Shown one piece after another: positions 19,409 to 29,081 of a DNA stretch of 64,000 bases. The translations under genes were made by a program, and so were the position numbers. Every line of letters starts with the position of its first letter. Position 1 is the stretch's first letter. The DNA lies in the IMG/VR virus record IMGVR_UViG_3300031951_000001, positions 1 to 64,000 of that record; one strand, given 5' to 3'. Under the pieces are notes generated by a model that did not search any database, was not told where the DNA came from, and saw nothing but the letters and a program-made list of their open reading frames with translations.

Positions 19409-19484
19409 ATATCTTATTTCAAATAACTTCTACAAATATATGGTGGATTTTCTATCCCACCAAATCTAATTTGTTAAATTTTTG

Positions 19485-19605
19485 TGGCCAGGGTGAGACT
19501 CGAACTCACAACGATGCAACCCTATTACTTCTCGTGTCCAAATGGTTATGGACCGTGGTGTCTTTGGGATGTGATAGCCGTTTCCACATTACGCATTACC
19601 TGACC
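19485..19605 (-). ncRNA. tRNA-like element D (121 nt)
   Basis: GGTCAGG/CCTGGCC acceptor + A73, GTGAG-TTCGAGT-CTCAC T arm, about 90-nt multi-hairpin core. Confidence 0.65.
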
Positions 19606-19702
19606 AATTTGGGTGGGTTAATGAGTGGTTTCCCCCACCTCTTTTTACTCTGTATCAATCTACTTGCGAAGTAGTATCAACCTGCGCCACTCTGTGAATT
19701 TT

Positions 19703-19786
19703 GAGGATGAGAATCCCTCTGTGTTGTAGTGATGACTCTAGTGTCACTAAGCTCTACTCCTTTCCTTTCTCAAGGGAACAACACAC
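19703..19786 (-). ncRNA. Candidate structured ncRNA (multi-way junction)
   Basis: GTGTTGT/ACAACAC stem enclosing TTCC/GGAA and AGTGA/TCACT hairpins, then a GAGG/CCTC hairpin. Confidence 0.45.
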
Positions 19787-19922
19787 AAGTATAGGATAAG
19801 TAGAAGATGGGGGAGTGGACATCTACTTTTACGATTGGCGTTTCTCGCTATTGTGCTAGCCCCAAAATCCCAATCAACCTTTTAGTATCTCAAAGAACTT
19901 CTACAAATATAAGGAGAATCTT

Positions 19923-20231
19923 TTATTCTACCAAATCTTTTTCAATTACTTCATCCCAATCCTCAACCACAAACTTCAAACTAATCCACTCAACATCATC
20001 TTTGTTATTGTATGTGGCGTAAAATCCGCCTATTGCAATTGACATCTTTTCCTTAACGGCTTGTGTCAATAATCTTCTTGCCTCCGTGCGAATTTCACAT
20101 TCATCGGGAACCCTCATACCGTCATCAATACTTATCCATTTCCAATCGAGAGCTACCATTACCTTATGAACTCGACCAAAGTCAAAGTAGTCCATAACTT
20201 TACCAATTGCGTTAAATTCTTTTTCTTTCAT
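19923..20231 (-). CDS. Hypothetical protein
   Basis: TATATTTG upstream; MDYFDFGRVHKVMVALDWKW. Confidence 0.65.
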   Translation of the reverse strand: MKEKEFNAIGKVMDYFDFGRVHKVMVALDWKWISIDDGMRVPDECEIRTEARRLLTQAVKEKMSIAIGGFYATYNNKDDVEWISLKFVVEDWDEVIEKDLVE

Positions 20232-20466
20232 TTGACAAATATATGGTGACTTTTTTAGATGACCAAATCTTTTTTTGTGATTTTACTAAACTCGTAACCT
20301 TCGTGAAACATTCTATCAAGAAGCTCAACAGTGATTTCATCAAGGTCAATCATACCAATCATTTTGCTTTTTTTGTAAACGCCAACGTACTCCATAGTTT
20401 TTATTTTTAAGTAGGCAAATATACAACAAAATAGGTTACGGTAACATTAAGTTATTGACAAATTAA

Positions 20467-20895
20467 TTAAAATTTGTAGTCGAATGTTAGGCCATCATGG
20501 CATACAATATTCTTATCAACGATATCCCTCAATTTATCGGTAGGATAAGGACCCATTAATCTTTTTTTACATTCTTCTACATTATCTTCCATTAGGTCAA
20601 CACCATATGTGGTGGATAATGCTTCTTCTAATGAACATCCACTTCTTTCCATCTTTCGTATAACAATCTCACCCAAAAACTCACCATCACCGCAGCTGTT
20701 ATCAATGAATGTTTTGGTTGGGTCAGTGAATAATGACGGCTCTTGTTCTTCTAACTTATCAATCATTTCAATAACTAAATGATTGGGAGTAAAAACCTCG
20801 GCAGTTTGCTTAATCCTAAGTTTGTCCCTATCAACACCGGACATATAAGTTCGGTTTCTAATGTGATTAATATAATCATTTAACATTATTTTCAA
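20467..20895 (-). CDS. SAM-binding half of an adenine methyltransferase, no catalytic NPPY
   Basis: AEVFTP and IDNSCGDGEFL and YGVDL motifs; ends at IVCHDGL before motif IV. Confidence 0.7.
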   Translation of the reverse strand: MKIMLNDYINHIRNRTYMSGVDRDKLRIKQTAEVFTPNHLVIEMIDKLEEQEPSLFTDPTKTFIDNSCGDGEFLGEIVIRKMERSGCSLEEALSTTYGVDLMEDNVEECKKRLMGPYPTDKLRDIVDKNIVCHDGLTFDYKF

Positions 20896-22063
20896 TATAT
20901 TGAATTTCTAAGTCAGTTAATTCAAATTTTTTGTATAAATCATAATCACTATAATTTGTGTCACTTGATATTTTTGGTATATTTTTGAGTACTTCACCGT
21001 GAAAAAATCCTGAAAACTTACTCAAATTTAAACAATGTTTATATAGTTTTGTATTTAGCAATTTAATCAAAAATTCCGCATCCGCTTTGGAGTCAAATAT
21101 GTGAAAAAAACTGTGTTGAGTTGTATTACAATTAGTATCTATTATAGGATTTAGATATCCACTGTCACTAATTACTACTTTTAATTTGGGATAATTTTCA
21201 GTCATAAAGCTTGAGTAGATTATTTTGCTGGCGTGATATGTTTTATATTTAAAAACATCATCTTTAGTAACCGATAACAAATGTTTTTTGTTAGTTTTAT
21301 GTAATTGACTATTACTTTCAAAGGTATACTTTTCTTTTTTGGAAAAAAATTTATTAAAAATTGAAAAATCAATCGGGTTAGATGAGTTAGGTAATATTTT
21401 ATCTTTAAGACTTATGGATTCTCCACCAATTTTACACAATCCATCATAATTTTTAGACCAATAATAATAACAAGCTTGAGTACCCACACCAATAAAAGGG
21501 GATTCATCGAATATTTTTAGTAATTTTAAACCTCCACTTTCATACATTTTTTTCAAAACTAAGTGATTTGGTGATAAAAAACTTGGTGGAGTTATAAAAA
21601 AAACATTATCGGAAATTTCCATAGATTTTATAATAAATTTGGACCAAAGGTTATTAGCACCGCCTTTACCACCACCCTTACTTTTACCGTTATTATCAAC
21701 TTCTTGATATGGAGGGTTACCAATCACAACATCAAATTTCATTTTAATTTTATCACTTAAAAAATCTTTATGATGGATATTAACATAACCTCTTCTTTTG
21801 AGTTTGTTAATGTATTTTATACGGATTTCATAACCGTAAACTCTAGATTTAGCGTCCAACTCACTATATCCATAAATATCAACCAAACGTCTCACAATCT
21901 CAGAAAGGAATGTCCCTGTGCCCATGCAAGGGTCTAAAAAGTTTGATTTTGAATTTAACCATACATCTGAAGGAATCTCATCTAAAATAAGATTAACCAA
22001 TTCGATAGGGGTAAATACTTCACCTTTAGAAGGGTCTGGCTTCCATTTTTTTAAGTTGTCCAT
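20876..22063 (-). CDS. Eco57I-like (gamma class) N6-adenine DNA methyltransferase with target-recognition region
   Basis: GEVFTP, FLDPCMGTGTF and DVVIGNPPY motifs. Confidence 0.88.
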   Translation of the reverse strand: MDNLKKWKPDPSKGEVFTPIELVNLILDEIPSDVWLNSKSNFLDPCMGTGTFLSEIVRRLVDIYGYSELDAKSRVYGYEIRIKYINKLKRRGYVNIHHKDFLSDKIKMKFDVVIGNPPYQEVDNNGKSKGGGKGGANNLWSKFIIKSMEISDNVFFITPPSFLSPNHLVLKKMYESGGLKLLKIFDESPFIGVGTQACYYYWSKNYDGLCKIGGESISLKDKILPNSSNPIDFSIFNKFFSKKEKYTFESNSQLHKTNKKHLLSVTKDDVFKYKTYHASKIIYSSFMTENYPKLKVVISDSGYLNPIIDTNCNTTQHSFFHIFDSKADAEFLIKLLNTKLYKHCLNLSKFSGFFHGEVLKNIPKISSDTNYSDYDLYKKFELTDLEIQYIENNVK

Positions 22064-22064
22064 C

Positions 22065-24275
22065 TTACAAAGATAAAGTGTTTTCTTGTTTGTTGTAGGA
22101 CGTAATAATAGTGTTCAATAGTTTCTCAGACAAGGCTCCACCGAGGATGAGTTTTTTAACCGTATAAGAGTTAACACCAACTTCATAAATAAGCTCCTCA
22201 CCTAACTTCTTATCCTCAATCATATCAAGTACTTCAATAATGTTGTTTGATTCACAGTTGTTAATTTCAGATATCTCAACAATGTTTTTAACTATATTTG
22301 ATAATACTTCTTTCAGTTTAATTCTGAGGTTATCAATTACAACAGTATTTTGAGAAGAATTGTTTTCAGTCTCTTCATCTACTGACCTTTTAACTTTAGA
22401 TGAATCAATACCTTCAATTTTATCTTTTGATGAGTTATCACTAATCTCAACACCTGTCAATACTTTTACCATTTCTGAATCATTTATAACGGAATCGACA
22501 TTAACTGATTCTGAACCGATACGAATAAGTGAAGTAGAGTTAACTAATTTGTCGGCATATTCATCTAGAACAATCGGAGACATAACACCATTATCATTAA
22601 CAAATATATTTACAGAACGAAGGACTCGTAAAATGCCATCGGTTAATTCTTGAACCTGAACTCGTTCACCTTCATATACCAAATATTCATCAATCGGACT
22701 AATCTCTTCTCTATTAGGGTCAAGTGACAATGATATAACGTTACCAATGGTTTTAGGTTCACCATTATAAGTTAAACCTGGTGTTAATACCCTTGAAACT
22801 TTTTGGGCAACTGACGAATATGAGCCTCTATCAAACATTAACATTACCGTATCGATTTCAGGTATAGAGAAACTTCTTGAAGCCATGTCCTTACTTATGA
22901 AAACAACTTTCTTTCCTTGTCGTTTAGCAATTGCCACAATCTCCTTCGCCTCCTTCTCCGATTCGCGGTTAGAGGTTTCATCGCTATTAAACAATTTAAC
23001 CATATATTGAGGTCCTAATGTATCTTGAACTAGTTTATAAAACTTATTCTGTTCCTTACGATTAGGAGTACTGGCGAAAATCATTGTAACGTCTTTAGGA
23101 GATAACTCATCGGTATTTAAATCAACCAAATAAGTCATTCTACCATTATATGCACCAAATAATGATTTAATCAAATCAGTAAGAATACCTTTAGATTTTG
23201 AAACATCCATTAAAAGTTTATTCCAATCTGTACGGTACTCTTCAGGTATAGAATTAAATCTATCAATAATACCACCAATTGATAACTTTAAAAACTGAGG
23301 AGTTACGATACCACTTACCGATGATATGGATTCAGTTTTATTAGACAAATTGGCTTGTGACGGATGTAACCCATTCTTAACCATAAGCATGTCGGTATAC
23401 GACCAATGGATTATGTTATCACGAAGATTTGTAAGAGGGGCTGATACTTTCTCAAGACCGGTACCTGACATGTAAATATTCAAGTGGCAATCCAAGTACT
23501 CAATCTTATCTAAACTATTAATCCTGTGAGCTCCGAAGTCGGCTTCATCTATAATTGACATCTTTTCATTTGACGGAATATTTCTTAATGTTTCTAGCTT
23601 AGACTGATGTTCGGTCATGTGAAGAGAGGCGGCGACCACAATCATCTTATCACCGTAGTAATCATTGATTGATTCTTCTAAATCAGTAATATCGTCAACG
23701 AATACCATTGAGTCCGAAAACCCTTTAAATTTATAAAAATCAACTTCAAATGACGAGATTGCGGTCAGAACGTAGCTAGGAATAATACAAACCTTAATAC
23801 CTTTTTCAAGATATAAATTTTTAATCAGATTTAAAGACCATAATGTTTTACCGAATCTTGGTGCTAACTCTAAAGCAAAATCAATTTTTTTATATCCCGA
23901 TTGAATTTCTGAGTTGTATTTGTTTAGAAACAAATCACTTACAAAAGATTGAAAAAAACGAGTTTTAAATTCTACACGAGTATCTGAACCTGATTCAGAT
24001 ATTATTTTACTAACAGATGCCACGACTTCATCGTCAGATTTGAATCCACCAACCCATTCACGGGTTACTTTATGATAACCTAAAAGACGCAATGATTGTC
24101 TTACTTCATGGTCTGATAATGTAGTTTCACATTCAAAAATTGTTATAAATTCTTCAGATGAGCCGGTTTTTTGTTGACCAATTCTTTTTTTGGCGGTTTG
24201 TTTTCTAGACTCACCAATTTTGTATCGACCAAGTGACCTGTTGTATTCAGTGGTATAAATGTAGATTGTATTCAT
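22065..24275 (-). CDS. T5orf172/GIY-YIG-like nuclease fused to a superfamily-2 helicase/ATPase (restriction-subunit-like)
   Basis: N-terminal IYIY..YKIG..RIGQQ..REW; Walker A APRFGKT; IIDEAD; MSGT; QKVSR. Confidence 0.75.
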   Translation of the reverse strand: MNTIYIYTTEYNRSLGRYKIGESRKQTAKKRIGQQKTGSSEEFITIFECETTLSDHEVRQSLRLLGYHKVTREWVGGFKSDDEVVASVSKIISESGSDTRVEFKTRFFQSFVSDLFLNKYNSEIQSGYKKIDFALELAPRFGKTLWSLNLIKNLYLEKGIKVCIIPSYVLTAISSFEVDFYKFKGFSDSMVFVDDITDLEESINDYYGDKMIVVAASLHMTEHQSKLETLRNIPSNEKMSIIDEADFGAHRINSLDKIEYLDCHLNIYMSGTGLEKVSAPLTNLRDNIIHWSYTDMLMVKNGLHPSQANLSNKTESISSVSGIVTPQFLKLSIGGIIDRFNSIPEEYRTDWNKLLMDVSKSKGILTDLIKSLFGAYNGRMTYLVDLNTDELSPKDVTMIFASTPNRKEQNKFYKLVQDTLGPQYMVKLFNSDETSNRESEKEAKEIVAIAKRQGKKVVFISKDMASRSFSIPEIDTVMLMFDRGSYSSVAQKVSRVLTPGLTYNGEPKTIGNVISLSLDPNREEISPIDEYLVYEGERVQVQELTDGILRVLRSVNIFVNDNGVMSPIVLDEYADKLVNSTSLIRIGSESVNVDSVINDSEMVKVLTGVEISDNSSKDKIEGIDSSKVKRSVDEETENNSSQNTVVIDNLRIKLKEVLSNIVKNIVEISEINNCESNNIIEVLDMIEDKKLGEELIYEVGVNSYTVKKLILGGALSEKLLNTIITSYNKQENTLSL

Positions 24276-24303
24276 GATACAAATGTAATGGTAAAAAAGT
24301 TAA

Positions 24304-25283
24304 CTAAAGTAAATCCCTCAAATGACGCTGAAGTGTAAAGTATTTTACTCTCCACTCATTTGCTTCATCCATATACTTCTTCATCATAATAGAATCGTTA
24401 TAACGAAGATTTTCGATTCTATCAATTATTTCATTAGAAAGATTAAACTCTTTAAGGTTTCTTTCCCAATGGCTACTCAATGGTAGTCTTTCTTCTGTAA
24501 TGTTTTCCATACCTCAAATATACTTGTTAAACAAATTTTCTAAAGTATCAATGTCATCAACTGACATTTGATGATATTTTTGAGAAAGTGATGTTAATTT
24601 CTCAACAAACTTTTCTTCCTGTGAGGTCATTTTAGTTTCATCAGGAACACCAAATTTACTCAAATAACCCTGATTAGAAAGGTACTTCAAAAGATTTTCA
24701 ATATCTCTTGTACTACAAGAATCAACAAATTCATCAATTTCTATGTCAACATCAATGTCGACTGTGGTGTAAATGGACGCCATAATTATTTATTTTTTTC
24801 GGTTTTGATTGTTATTACTAAAACTAGGAACAAATATACGTAAAAAGATATAATTGCCAAAGCAAGATATAAATTTTCATTCGTTGTCATCGAACAAACT
24901 TAAATAAAAAAAACCGAATGGTCAAATTACTGTGGAATAATATCAGAACAAGTTTCTAACAATTGAATCAAACCAATGTTGATATCTTCTGACTCTAACT
25001 TCTTGATGATTCTTTTTAAACTTAAACCAACGATGAAGTGGTCCACACCACCTGCAGTGATTAAACCTATGAAGGCGAATGCCCATATTGCCAAAGGCCA
25101 CGATTGACCCATTATTGCTATAGATAAGACCGCAATAAAACTAATACCAAATGAAGTTTTTATTACGTTTTTATTTCTCTCCATCCATCTTAAGATTCCT
25201 AAATCAAAGTATTCCTCACTGAATACTTTTTTTACTCTGTTAATTTCTAATTGTGTCATAACTTTAATCTTATTTATATTCAT
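24304..25283 (-). CDS. Three hypothetical proteins (24304..24510, 24514..24783, 24927..25283; the last has TM helices)
   Basis: Co-oriented ORFs. Confidence 0.6.
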
Positions 25284-25785
25284 CAGGTATTATTCTCAAA
25301 ACTTCTTCATCACTAACTCCACCCTTAATGTATTCAAAACTTTTACCATTTATTGATTCGGCATATATCCAAACCATTTTATCGTTTAACTTATTATCAT
25401 TGAATGAACCTACGGCAACTTCACCACCCATATCTGACAGGTAATCATCCAACCAAGTTAATAACATTTGCATGAGTGCTGGTGATTTTTGAATTTCAGG
25501 TATTATAACATCAACCGTGGCGTTATAATGATTAAAATCGTCTACATCTATTGCTTCTAAATCAGTCAATATAAAATTCAAAGAAAACATAACCATTTCT
25601 CCGTCCTCACCCTCGGCGGAACAATCCATAGAACCACCAAGTTTGGTCTGTATCATCGCATATAAATAAGGATATTTTTTTGTTACATTCAATAACTCAT
25701 GAACACTACCAAAGAATTTGGCAACATCAAAAACACTTTGACCCTTGTCTAACATTGATATTATGTTTTCGGCAACTCTGCTCAT
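25270..25785 (-). CDS. Hypothetical protein
   Basis: TATTTAT upstream on the minus strand. Confidence 0.65.
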   Translation of the reverse strand: MSRVAENIISMLDKGQSVFDVAKFFGSVHELLNVTKKYPYLYAMIQTKLGGSMDCSAEGEDGEMVMFSLNFILTDLEAIDVDDFNHYNATVDVIIPEIQKSPALMQMLLTWLDDYLSDMGGEVAVGSFNDNKLNDKMVWIYAESINGKSFEYIKGGVSDEEVLRIIPDEYK

Positions 25786-25997
25786 ACCGTATAAATATCC
25801 CCAAGTATTATTTAGGTTTTTTCAATATTTATATTAAACGTATTTAGAATGGCAAAAGCAAGAAAAGAAACAAAGAAAAAAGGTAACCGTGTGAATATCG
25901 TTAAAAATCTGAAAAGGATTGAAGAAAACGATAGAGTGTTGAAAATGTTGGTTGAGAAGATGGTGACCAAAAAATAAACCACTTAAAAAACAAAAAA

Positions 25998-26656
25998 ATG
26001 GATTTTCCTTTATTGTGGGCATGTATTTGGAAAACTTGGAAGTATCATCTTTCAGGTTGTATGTTTATTTTAACAATGTATATCTTTAATGAATGTGGAG
26101 TTTGGGAAGATGAGTTCAGTCTTTGGTATGTTTATGGACCTGTAAGTTTACTTATTCCACTTATCGTTGTGGTACCAGCCATTCTAATGGTCAGAGATTC
26201 ATATAAACATTACTTGGACATAAAAAAATACTATCCCAACGGATATAAAAACAGAGAAAAGAAATGAATCTAATACATGTAATTCTATGTTTGATTGGTG
26301 CGGGATATGCTAAAGGTAGATTGGACCATATCGCTGACACAGGACAAAAGGGTGATGATTGGAAGAACAAATATAAACAAAAGGACGGACAACTCGTACC
26401 TTCAGGAAATCATTGGTGGTACTTTGGTTTATATAAACCAAACTTTCAAGAAAGGTTTCCATTCAGTTCAACTGTTATGGTTTTCGTAACTGATAGATGG
26501 CATTGGTGGCAATTTGCTATGTTGAGGTATTTTTATTTGGCGATTGCTTATGGCGTTGCGGATAACTTTATACATCAGATGTTATTGACATTTGTGGTAT
26601 TCCCCATTGTTCTTGGAGTGACATTCGAGTTAGTATATAAGTGTAAGAAGAAATGA
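25998..26656 (+). CDS. Two membrane proteins (25998..26267, 26264..26656)
   Basis: Hydrophobic helices; overlapping stop/start. Confidence 0.65.
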
Positions 26657-27373
26657 AATTTTTAATCACCGAACAACAAAATGAAAAGATAGTTGAGTTT
26701 GTGCTTAACAAAGAAATGCCCAAAAAGTTTGATTGGTGGAAAGGACTCAAAGTAGTTGACTTTAAAAGAATGATGACCCTAAGACCCAAGCTTGTTAAAT
26801 TGGAAGGGGTTTTAACGGTTGATTCAGAATGGGCGGATAAACAGTGGCCAAGATTTAATCGTGATAAAGAACCATCTTTCGGTGATATAGAACACCCTAC
26901 GTTGTTATCTGAAATTGTTTCAGTTGGAGAGGCGGATGACGTTAGAGATGCTATTAGTGATGTTCTTACTTATACGTTGGGTGAAGAAACATTTACACCA
27001 TCATTAAACCATATAGAAATTAAGTTACAATACTCTGATGATACTGACAAATAAGTTATTAGATAAGTTATTAAATAGTGATTTAATCAAACAGGTATAT
27101 CCTATGGTTGACAATATTAAAACCAGAGTGCTTTGGGATGGGGATGAAGAACTTCCTTTTTATGATATTGCTGTAAAAATATACGTTAATGATGAGGATA
27201 TGACCACGTTCAATATGTTTGAAAAAGGGTTGGACCCTCATTATTTAATTGACTTTTATATGATAGATTTACTTAAATTTGTTAATGTATCAAGAAGAGA
27301 ACTTAATCAAGTATATATTAGAGTGCTCGGCCCAAATGGGGAATCAATCTATGGTGAAATTGGTATAGTTTAA
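26653..27373 (+). CDS. Two hypothetical proteins (26653..27054 with MKFLITEQQ leader; 27038..27373)
   Basis: Coupled ORFs. Confidence 0.65.
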
Positions 27374-27377
27374 TAAT

Positions 27378-28193
27378 ATGAATCTGAAAGAAACAATAAA
27401 AAAAATATTAAGGGAAGAGATGAGACCTTATAAAGCAATGAGAAGAACTAGCTTAATTGATAGTGAAATCGTAAGGTTATTAGATATAGTATATTATGAT
27501 AAAAGAATTTGTGGAAGGTATGAGGACGCGGACATGTTTGTTCGTGTTGTAACTGAGGCTGTGGTCGAGAACCTATACTTCAATACATTTTATATGATGG
27601 ATGATACGTCAGAAGAATGGGAGAAATCAGTTGATTTTATATATGATTATATCAAAGATAGCCACGGAAAAAATCTAAAAGATTACTTCAATAATATGTG
27701 TAATGAACGGGTTGAGATAGATGAATCACTAGTAACGGAACAAATCGAAGATTTTGGAGAAAAAACCAAATTAGAAAAATCAGTAATGAGATTTATTAAT
27801 GCGTATCTTAAAGGTAAAGAACTACCTGAAAACTTTTATGGTGTTGTTGCCGACACATTTGGTGGAAAATACGGAGAAGGTTGTACCATCACATTTTTAA
27901 TGAAAAAACCATTCAAAGTACAAGACTCGGATGATTTACAAGAATTGGGGTTAGATGTAAAAAAATTAATCAAAGATTTTTTTTCAGATGAATTTAGATA
28001 TGGTATTAATATATCAACAACTACCGTCGAACACTATAAAGAATTAAAAAATCGTTTCTTTAATAAACAGAAGGGTGAGTTTACTGAAGGCGAAATAACA
28101 GAAAAGTGCTGGCCAGGTTATACACAAAAAGGAATGAAGACAATGTTTGGTAAAAGATACCCAAACTGCGTAAAGAAAACAAAGAAGAATTAA
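27378..28193 (+). CDS. Modular leader-bearing protein with C-terminal CW..Y....K...G...PNCV motif
   Basis: MNLKETIKKILREE leader; internal LVTE and ITE sites; KCWPGYTQKGMKTMFGKRYPNCVKK tail. Confidence 0.7.
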   Translation: MNLKETIKKILREEMRPYKAMRRTSLIDSEIVRLLDIVYYDKRICGRYEDADMFVRVVTEAVVENLYFNTFYMMDDTSEEWEKSVDFIYDYIKDSHGKNLKDYFNNMCNERVEIDESLVTEQIEDFGEKTKLEKSVMRFINAYLKGKELPENFYGVVADTFGGKYGEGCTITFLMKKPFKVQDSDDLQELGLDVKKLIKDFFSDEFRYGINISTTTVEHYKELKNRFFNKQKGEFTEGEITEKCWPGYTQKGMKTMFGKRYPNCVKKTKKN

Positions 28194-28588
28194 TAAACAG
28201 GAGGTTTGTCTCGTTTGGGATAAATTGATACCTCATCAATATCAACTCCAAACTTTTCGCTAACCCAATCGGCAACTATATCTATTACTTTTGTTTCCCT
28301 AATCAAAATCATCTGACGCATTGTGTCGATAATATTAGGATGTACTTGTAACAGTCCATGACCGTAATGTTTTGTCCCTTCACCACCTGGACCCCAATCG
28401 TCGTATTCACCAGTCCCGAAGAAGTAATATGCGATTTTTTCAGAACCTGTATTGGCGAACAATTCAATTCTATATGCGTCAGGATTGTGGGCATTTACAA
28501 TTTTTTTACCATCTGATTCTGAAAACTTCTCATCTAAATAATTGTAGATGATTGAATGTAATTGACCTTGTGTAATAAAGTATCTCAT
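28190..28588 (-). CDS. Paralogue-family member with leader
   Basis: MRYFITQGQLHSIIYNYLD...IVADWVSEKFGVDI. Confidence 0.65.
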   Translation of the reverse strand: MRYFITQGQLHSIIYNYLDEKFSESDGKKIVNAHNPDAYRIELFANTGSEKIAYYFFGTGEYDDWGPGGEGTKHYGHGLLQVHPNIIDTMRQMILIRETKVIDIVADWVSEKFGVDIDEVSIYPKRDKPPVY

Positions 28589-28682
28589 ATAATATAAATA
28601 CAAAGATAAATCATTTCCGTTTTATGACAAAAATGGGAATAAAAGGAAATAAAAAACCCCACTCATGAGGTGGGGTTTAATT

Positions 28683-28988
28683 TTATTGTTTTCTTAATTT
28701 GGCTCGTTTGATTGTAGGGGAGTTCTTGGAATAGAACTTTTTATACATAGGGTCGATAACATCATCATCTACATCCCTAGTAGAGATGTTCTCAATATCA
28801 AGTTCATCATCTGAATATTCTTCGGGTTCACCCTGATTCATAAAAGAATTTTTATACCACTTTCCACTACCCATAGATGATGGGTCATGGTAGAGATAAT
28901 CATTATCCTGTTCTTCTTCACTTTCTTTTATAATTCTTTTAACGAGTTTAATCAAATCAGATTCAGTTAATCTTACAACTTTTTTCAT
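28683..28988 (-). CDS. Leader-bearing acidic protein
   Basis: MKKVVRLTESDLIKLVKRIIKE. Confidence 0.7.
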   Translation of the reverse strand: MKKVVRLTESDLIKLVKRIIKESEEEQDNDYLYHDPSSMGSGKWYKNSFMNQGEPEEYSDDELDIENISTRDVDDDVIDPMYKKFYSKNSPTIKRAKLRKQ

Positions 28989-29081
28989 AGCATAATTTTT
29001 ATATATAAATATACCCACCTTTACTTAAATACCATTTTCAACTATCCTTACCACAGAAAATAAAAGTTAAACAATAATACA

